A stretch of DNA of 64,000 nt from Cyanobium sp. PLM2.Bin73 (GTDB lineage: Bacteria > Cyanobacteriota > Cyanobacteriia > PCC-6307 > Cyanobiaceae): NCBI GenBank assembly GCA_007694915.1, contig REEV01000106.1:23077-87076 (forward strand), written 5' to 3'. Each line of letters opens with the position of its first letter. Position 1 is the stretch's first letter. Shown here piece by piece: positions 59,235 through 64,000 of this stretch. The notes below the pieces were generated by a model that saw only the letters and a program-made list of their open reading frames with translations, ran no database searches and had not been told where the DNA came from. Both the position numbers and the translations under genes were made by a program.

Positions 59235-60011
59235 ATGGACAGCTCCGCCCGCGACGCTTCCTGCAGCCAGCGCCCCTTGCTGGTGGGGCTGCACGGCTGG
59301 CTGCTGTCGGGACGGCTGTGGCAGCCACTGGCCCGGGAGCTGGCGCCGCGCTGGCAGCTCTGGGCCCCGAACCTGCCGGGCTTCGGCGGCAGCCCGCGGC
59401 CCCGGGGCCTGCAGCCCAGCCTGGCCAGCTACGGCAACTGGGTGGCGCAGGAATGCCAGCGCCACCACCGTGGCCCGGTGGTGCTGATGGGCCACTCCCT
59501 GGGGGGCACGATCGGTCTGCACGCCGCCCGGCAGCTGGGCGACCAGCTGGCCGGGATCGTGCAGATCGCCACCGGCGGGGGGGTGTACCAGCCGCGGCCC
59601 TTCGCGCGCGTGCGGCGGGGCGGCTGCCTGGTGCTGCGCTGGCGGCCGCGCTGGCTGCTGCAGCTGCCCGGCAGCGACGCCCTGCGCAGTCCCCTGCTCG
59701 CCGACATCCGCGCCGCCCGCGGTCTGCTGGCCTGCAGCATGCGCCGCAGCGCCGTGAGCGCCCTGCCCCGGATCGCCGCTGAGCTCACGGTGCCGAGCCT
59801 GTGGATCGCCGGCAGCCGCGACACGGTGATGGAGCCGCGCTACGTGCGCCATCTGGCGGGCTACGCCCCCCGGCATCAGGTGAGCGAACTGGAGGGTGCG
59901 GGCCACCTGCCGATGCTGCAGATGCCCGGGCGGCTGGCCGCCGTGCTCGAGCCCTGGCTGGAGGAGCTGCCGGTGGCCGGGGTCGGCGACAGGGAACTGG
60001 CGGCGCGCTGA
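59235..60011 (+). CDS. Alpha/beta-fold hydrolase
   Basis: It has an oxyanion-hole region (LVGLHGWLLSG), the nucleophile elbow GHSLGG, and a C-terminal GAGHLP. Confidence 0.75.
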   Translation: MDSSARDASCSQRPLLVGLHGWLLSGRLWQPLARELAPRWQLWAPNLPGFGGSPRPRGLQPSLASYGNWVAQECQRHHRGPVVLMGHSLGGTIGLHAARQLGDQLAGIVQIATGGGVYQPRPFARVRRGGCLVLRWRPRWLLQLPGSDALRSPLLADIRAARGLLACSMRRSAVSALPRIAAELTVPSLWIAGSRDTVMEPRYVRHLAGYAPRHQVSELEGAGHLPMLQMPGRLAAVLEPWLEELPVAGVGDRELAAR

Positions 60012-60042
60012 AACGACAGCGCGGGGCCGGGGCCGGCACGGC

Positions 60043-61842
60043 TCAGAGGGCCGCGAGGCCCCGCTCCTGAAGATCGGCCAGCTGGGCGTAGAGGCCGCCG
60101 GCGGCCCGCAGCTGGCGGTGGTTGCCCTGCTCGATCAGGCGGCCCCGGCGCAGCACCAGGATGCGGTCGGCGGCCTCCACGGTCGCCAGGCGGTGGGCGA
60201 TCACCACGGCGGTGCGCTGCTGCAGCAGGCGCTCCAGGTCCGCCTGCAGGGTGGCCTCGGTGGAGGGGTCCATGAAGGCCGTGGCCTCGTCCATCACCAG
60301 CACCGAGGGATCGCGGATCGCCACCCGGGCCACCGCCAGCAGCTGGCGTTCGCCGGAGGAGAGGTTGGCGCCGCGCTCGCGCAGCTCGGTGGCCAGACCG
60401 TCGGGCAGGCGAGCCAGCAGGGGGGAGAGTCCGAGCTCGCTGCACAGACGGCGCAACTCATCACTGGGGATGGCGGCGTCGAGGCGCAGGTTGTCGGCCA
60501 CGGTGCCGCTGAACAGGAAGGTGTCCTGCAGCACCACCCCCAGCCGGCGGCGCAGGGTGTCGACTGGCAGCTCGCGGATGTCGACGCCATCGAGCAGGAT
60601 CCGCCCCTGCTGGGGTTCGTAGAGCCGGCAGAGCAGGCGGATCACCGTGGTTTTGCCGGAGCCGGTGGGGCCCACCAGGGCCACGTGTTCCCCGGGCGCG
60701 ATGCGGAAGGAGAGGTCGGTGAGGATCGGTTCGTCGGGGCGGTAGGCGAAGGACACGTTCTCGAAAACCACCTCGCCGGCGCTGCGCCGCTGGCCGCCGC
60801 TGCGCAGGGCCAGGGCCGAGCGCTGCGCAGCGGGCAGGTCGTCGATCTCGATCGGCTGCTCCAGCAGCTCGCCGATCCGCTCCACCGCCGTCAGGCCGCC
60901 CTGGATCTGGGTGAAGCGCTCCGCCAGCTGGCGCAGGGGATCGAACAGGCGCTGGGAGAAGAGGATGAAGGTGGTGAGCGTGCCCAGGCCCATGGCACCG
61001 GCGGTGACCATGGTGCCCCCCAGGGCCAGCACGGCGGCCACCGCCACCAGGGCCACCCACTCGATGTAGGCGGAGATGGCGCTGTCGTAGAAGATCGTGC
61101 CGGTCACCGCCTTGCGGTAGCGGTCGGTAGTGGTCGCGAAGCGGGCGCTGTTCACCGCCTCGCGGCGGAACATCTGCACCACCTCCAGCCCCTGGAGGTT
61201 CTCCTGCAGATCAGCGTTGAGCTGGCTGAGCTCCTCGCGCACCCGGTAGTTGGCGCGGCGGTAGCGGCGCTGCAGCCAGAGCATGCCCAGCACCACCGGC
61301 ACCTGGGCGGCGAGCAGCAGCAGCCCCAGACGCCACTCGATCAGCAGCATGGTGACGGCGATAACCGCCAGGGTCACCAGGTCGGCCAGCACCCCCACCG
61401 CACCGCTGCCGAACACCTCAGCCAGGGCATCAACATCACTGGTGAGGCGGGTGAGCAGCTTGCCCACCGGGGTGCGGTCGTGAAAGCGCAGCGACAGCGC
61501 CATGGCATGGGCGAACAGGTCGTCGCGGATGCGGGCGGTGAGCCGCTGCCCAACGGCCTGCACGTTGAAGCTCTGCACCCCCTGGAGGGCGAGGCGCACC
61601 AGCACCGCCGCCAGCAGGGCCAGTACCAGCAGGCGCAGGGCGGCGGGCGCCGCCAGCCCCTGCAGCCAGGCCAGGGTGGGCTCCCCGCGCAGCACCGAGA
61701 TCGCCTGGCCCACCAGCAGCGGTTGCACCGCCGCCGCCGCCGCCACCGGGATCAGCAGCAGCATGGTGAGCAGCAGGCGCTTGCGGTCGCCGGCCACGTA
61801 GGGGAGCAGGCGCAGCAGGCGCTGGCGGTCGAGGGTGGCCAT
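60043..61842 (-). CDS. ABC transporter, fused permease/ATPase (type I exporter, MsbA/MdlB-like)
   Basis: It has a six-TM exporter domain, then Walker A (GPTGSGKTT), the signature LSSGERQ and Walker B (LVMDEATA). Confidence 0.9.
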   Translation of the reverse strand: MATLDRQRLLRLLPYVAGDRKRLLLTMLLLIPVAAAAAVQPLLVGQAISVLRGEPTLAWLQGLAAPAALRLLVLALLAAVLVRLALQGVQSFNVQAVGQRLTARIRDDLFAHAMALSLRFHDRTPVGKLLTRLTSDVDALAEVFGSGAVGVLADLVTLAVIAVTMLLIEWRLGLLLLAAQVPVVLGMLWLQRRYRRANYRVREELSQLNADLQENLQGLEVVQMFRREAVNSARFATTTDRYRKAVTGTIFYDSAISAYIEWVALVAVAAVLALGGTMVTAGAMGLGTLTTFILFSQRLFDPLRQLAERFTQIQGGLTAVERIGELLEQPIEIDDLPAAQRSALALRSGGQRRSAGEVVFENVSFAYRPDEPILTDLSFRIAPGEHVALVGPTGSGKTTVIRLLCRLYEPQQGRILLDGVDIRELPVDTLRRRLGVVLQDTFLFSGTVADNLRLDAAIPSDELRRLCSELGLSPLLARLPDGLATELRERGANLSSGERQLLAVARVAIRDPSVLVMDEATAFMDPSTEATLQADLERLLQQRTAVVIAHRLATVEAADRILVLRRGRLIEQGNHRQLRAAGGLYAQLADLQERGLAAL

Positions 61843-62546
61843 CAGGCGCTCAGGGCCGTGGCCACGGCGCGGGCTGCGCCGGCGGCGCCACTGGCGGTGG
61901 CCACCCGGTCGACGATGCCCTGCAGCCGGCCGTCATCGAGACGCAGGGCCAGGGGGTGGGCCACCAGACGGGCGGTGGAGTGGAACAGGTCTTCGATGGC
62001 GATCAGCCCGTTCTCCTCCAGAGTGCGCCCGGTGGCCACCAGATCCACGATCGCTTCGCTCATACCCGTGATCGGCCCCAGTTCCACCGAGCCGGCCAGG
62101 TGGATCAGCTCCACCGGCAGGTCGAGGTCCTCGAAGAAGGCCTCGGCGCAGCGGGTGAACTTGCTGGCGATGCGGCAGTGGGCGGGCAGGTCGGCGGCCC
62201 GCCGGTAGGGGCTGCTGGCCTTCACCGCCACACTCATCCGGCAGGCTCCGAAGCCCAGGTCCACCAGCTGGGCCACCGGCAGCTGGTGCTCGCGCAGCAC
62301 GTCGTAGCCCACCACCCCCAGCTGGGCCTGGCCGTAGGCCACGTACACCGGCACGTCGGCGTTGCGCACCAGCAGGGCCCGGGCGCGGCCGCAGCGGCTG
62401 GGCACCATCAGCAGGCGGTTGCCGGGATCAAGCACAGCCGCGAAGTCGAGCCCGGCGGCGGCGAAGCGTTGCACCGTGTCGCGCAGCAGGGCTCCCTTGG
62501 CCAGAGCCACGGTGATGGGGGCCGGAGGCGTGGCCGGTGCGCTCAT
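61842..62546 (-). CDS. hisG: ATP phosphoribosyltransferase (short form)
   Basis: ATG at 62546 ([21 protein letters not shown]...). The motifs are [10 protein letters not shown] and DLVATGRTL. The stop overlaps the ABC transporter ATG by 1 nt. Confidence 0.9.
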   Translation of the reverse strand: MSAPATPPAPITVALAKGALLRDTVQRFAAAGLDFAAVLDPGNRLLMVPSRCGRARALLVRNADVPVYVAYGQAQLGVVGYDVLREHQLPVAQLVDLGFGACRMSVAVKASSPYRRAADLPAHCRIASKFTRCAEAFFEDLDLPVELIHLAGSVELGPITGMSEAIVDLVATGRTLEENGLIAIEDLFHSTARLVAHPLALRLDDGRLQGIVDRVATASGAAGAARAVATALSA

Positions 62547-62598
62547 GCGGGGGCGACAGCGGTGATCATGGAGCTGGACCGCTGAGCGGACTGTAACG

Positions 62599-63393
62599 AT
62601 GGGAACGCCGCACCACGAGCCCCAGCCGGCGATCCAGCCGCCGGCGCTGCCCGCAGTCGCCGGCAAGCCCCTGGCGGTGTGGCTGATTCCCGTGCTGCAG
62701 GACAACTATGTGATGGTGCTGCAACGGGGCCGGCGGGCCGCCGTGGTGGATCCGGCCGTGGCTGAACCGGTGGCGGCGGCCCTGGAGGAGCGGGGCCTGG
62801 CGCTGGAGGCGATCCTGCACACCCACCACCACAGCGACCACATCGGCGGCACCCCGGGGCTGCTGCGCCGCTGGCCCGGAGCCGAGGTGATCGCCGCCGC
62901 GGCCGACCGCGAGCGCATCCCCCTGCAGACCCGCGGCGTGGCCGGCGGCGATCGCCTGCAGGTGCTCGATGAGCCGGTGGAGGTGATCGAGGTGCCCGGC
63001 CACACCCGTGCCCACATCGCCTACTGGCTGCCGCAGAGCGGCCACCTGTTCTGCGGCGACACCCTGTTCGTGGGGGGTTGCGGGCGGTTGTTCGAGGGCA
63101 CCCCGGCGCAGATGCATGCCTCCCTGCAGCGGCTGGCGGCCCTGCCGGAGAGCACCCGCGTGTGGTGCGCCCACGAGTACACCGAAGCCAACCTGCGCTG
63201 GGCGGCGGCGACCGCCCCCGGGGACGGGGCCATCGCCCGCCGGCTGCAGGAGGTGCTGGCCGAGCGGGCCGCCGGGAGGGCCTCCGTGCCCAGCAGCGTG
63301 GGGCTGGAGCGGGCCACCAATCTGTTTGTGCGTGCCGCCGATGCCGGCGCGCTCGGCCAGCTGCGGCGCAGCAAGGACCACTGGCAGGCATAG
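62599..63393 (+). CDS. gloB: Hydroxyacylglutathione hydrolase (glyoxalase II)
   Basis: It has LQDNYVMVL, the metal motif [10 protein letters not shown], and GHTRAHIAY. Confidence 0.9.
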   Translation: MGTPHHEPQPAIQPPALPAVAGKPLAVWLIPVLQDNYVMVLQRGRRAAVVDPAVAEPVAAALEERGLALEAILHTHHHSDHIGGTPGLLRRWPGAEVIAAAADRERIPLQTRGVAGGDRLQVLDEPVEVIEVPGHTRAHIAYWLPQSGHLFCGDTLFVGGCGRLFEGTPAQMHASLQRLAALPESTRVWCAHEYTEANLRWAAATAPGDGAIARRLQEVLAERAAGRASVPSSVGLERATNLFVRAADAGALGQLRRSKDHWQA

Positions 63394-63418
63394 GCTCACA
63401 GCCAGACAGCTCCAGCCG

Positions 63419-63835
63419 ATGTCTGCCAGCTCAGGGCCAGCCAGCTCAGATCCCCGGGCCGTGAACACCCCGGGGGCGCCAGCGCCGGTGGGGCCCTACA
63501 ACCAGGCCGTACAGGCCGGTGGTCTGCTGTTCTGCTCCGGCCAGATCGCCCTCGACCCCGGCACCGGGGTGCTGGTGGGCGGAGGCGATGTGGAGGCCGA
63601 AACCCGCCAGGTGCTGGACAACCTCGACGCGGTGTTGCGCGAGGCAGGCGTCACCACGCGGCAGGTGGTGCGCACCACGGTGTTTCTCGTGGACCTGGCG
63701 GATTTCGCCAGGGTGAACGCGATCTATGCCGAACGTTTCGGGGCTGGGGTGGCGCCGGCCAGGGCCTGTGTGCAGGTGGCGGCCCTGCCCAAGGGGGCCC
63801 GGGTGGAGATCGACTGCATCGCTCTGGCTCCCTGA
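63419..63835 (+). CDS. ridA: RidA/YjgF/TdcF-family reactive-intermediate deaminase
   Basis: ATG at 63419. APAPVGPYNQAVQAGGLLFCSGQIALDP... and ARACVQVAALPKGARVEIDCIA are canonical RidA sequences. Confidence 0.9.
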   Translation: MSASSGPASSDPRAVNTPGAPAPVGPYNQAVQAGGLLFCSGQIALDPGTGVLVGGGDVEAETRQVLDNLDAVLREAGVTTRQVVRTTVFLVDLADFARVNAIYAERFGAGVAPARACVQVAALPKGARVEIDCIALAP

Positions 63836-63838
63836 GCG

Positions 63839-64000
63839 CTACCAGGGCAGGGGCGCATTGCCCTGCACAGCGTTGCAGCCCATCTGGGACCCGAGCAGGG
63901 CACCGAGGGGCGTGGCCCACACCCGGTCGTTGCCCCTGGCGAGGGCGTAGCCGGCACCGCCGCCCACCAGGCCGCCCACCAGACGGCCCTGGTTACAACG
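63839..64000 (-). CDS. Glycine-zipper (17-kDa-antigen-like) small membrane/lipoprotein, C-terminal fragment
   Basis: My minus-strand translation from the window edge is ...GRLVGGLVGGGAGYALARGNDRVWATPLGALLGSQMGCNAVQGNAPLPW*, which contains a GxxxG-rich glycine zipper. It is truncated by the window end and is not in the ORF track. Confidence 0.35.
   Translation of the reverse strand, partial: RCNQGRLVGGLVGGGAGYALARGNDRVWATPLGALLGSQMGCNAVQGNAPLPW

Noticed and set aside
59896-62208. A 770-aa plus-strand ORF spanning the ABC transporter and hisG.
   Set aside because: It lies antisense to two genes with complete catalytic motifs. Its sequence is Q/G/A/H/R-rich junk with no domain signature.

Overview
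This window looks like a very G+C-rich alpha-cyanobacterial chromosome segment of the Cyanobium / Synechococcus subcluster-5 type. Supporting signs are form IA RubisCO, cso-type carboxysome genes, psaM, por, ado/aar, and several GCGATCGC (HIP1) palindromes. Coding density is very high. About 70 genes can be supported, and most are conserved housekeeping genes: ftsI, tal, frr, pyrH, cobO, hemH, ilvB, ppsA, accA, folE, trpF, por, dnaA, hisG, gloB and ridA.

The centrepiece, at about 38.3-54.1 kb, is a complete alpha-carboxysome / CO2-concentrating super-locus. Its order is csoS1D, rdgB (opposite strand), csoS1-cbbL-cbbS-csoS2-csoS3(csoSCA)-csoS4A-csoS4B-csoS1E, a ferritin-like gene, then ndhF4-ndhD4-chpX-acRAF-cbbX. 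Many of these genes have overlapping stop/start codons. A second recognisable module is the alkane pathway ado-aar next to accA.

I found no rRNA, tRNA, CRISPR array, transposase or prophage block by eye. Because of the high G+C, the six-frame track is full of long spurious antisense ORFs, which I rejected. I do not see a convincing, entirely new multi-gene system.

The best leads are function-unknown or unusually built genes inside or next to the CCM locus:
- a ferritin-like gene coupled to csoS1E;
- CsoS1E, with a roughly 125-aa disordered N-terminal extension;
- a red-type CbbX paired with a form IA RubisCO;
- an A/T-richer secreted orphan right after cbbX;
- a perfect T-N11-A-type palindrome upstream of csoS1;
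- a strong hairpin between cbbS and csoS2.

There are also several domain fusions: an EF-hand on transaldolase, a zinc ribbon on IlvB, and a CAB helix on ferrochelatase. Start codons were chosen by eye (ATG/GTG/TTG) and several are uncertain.
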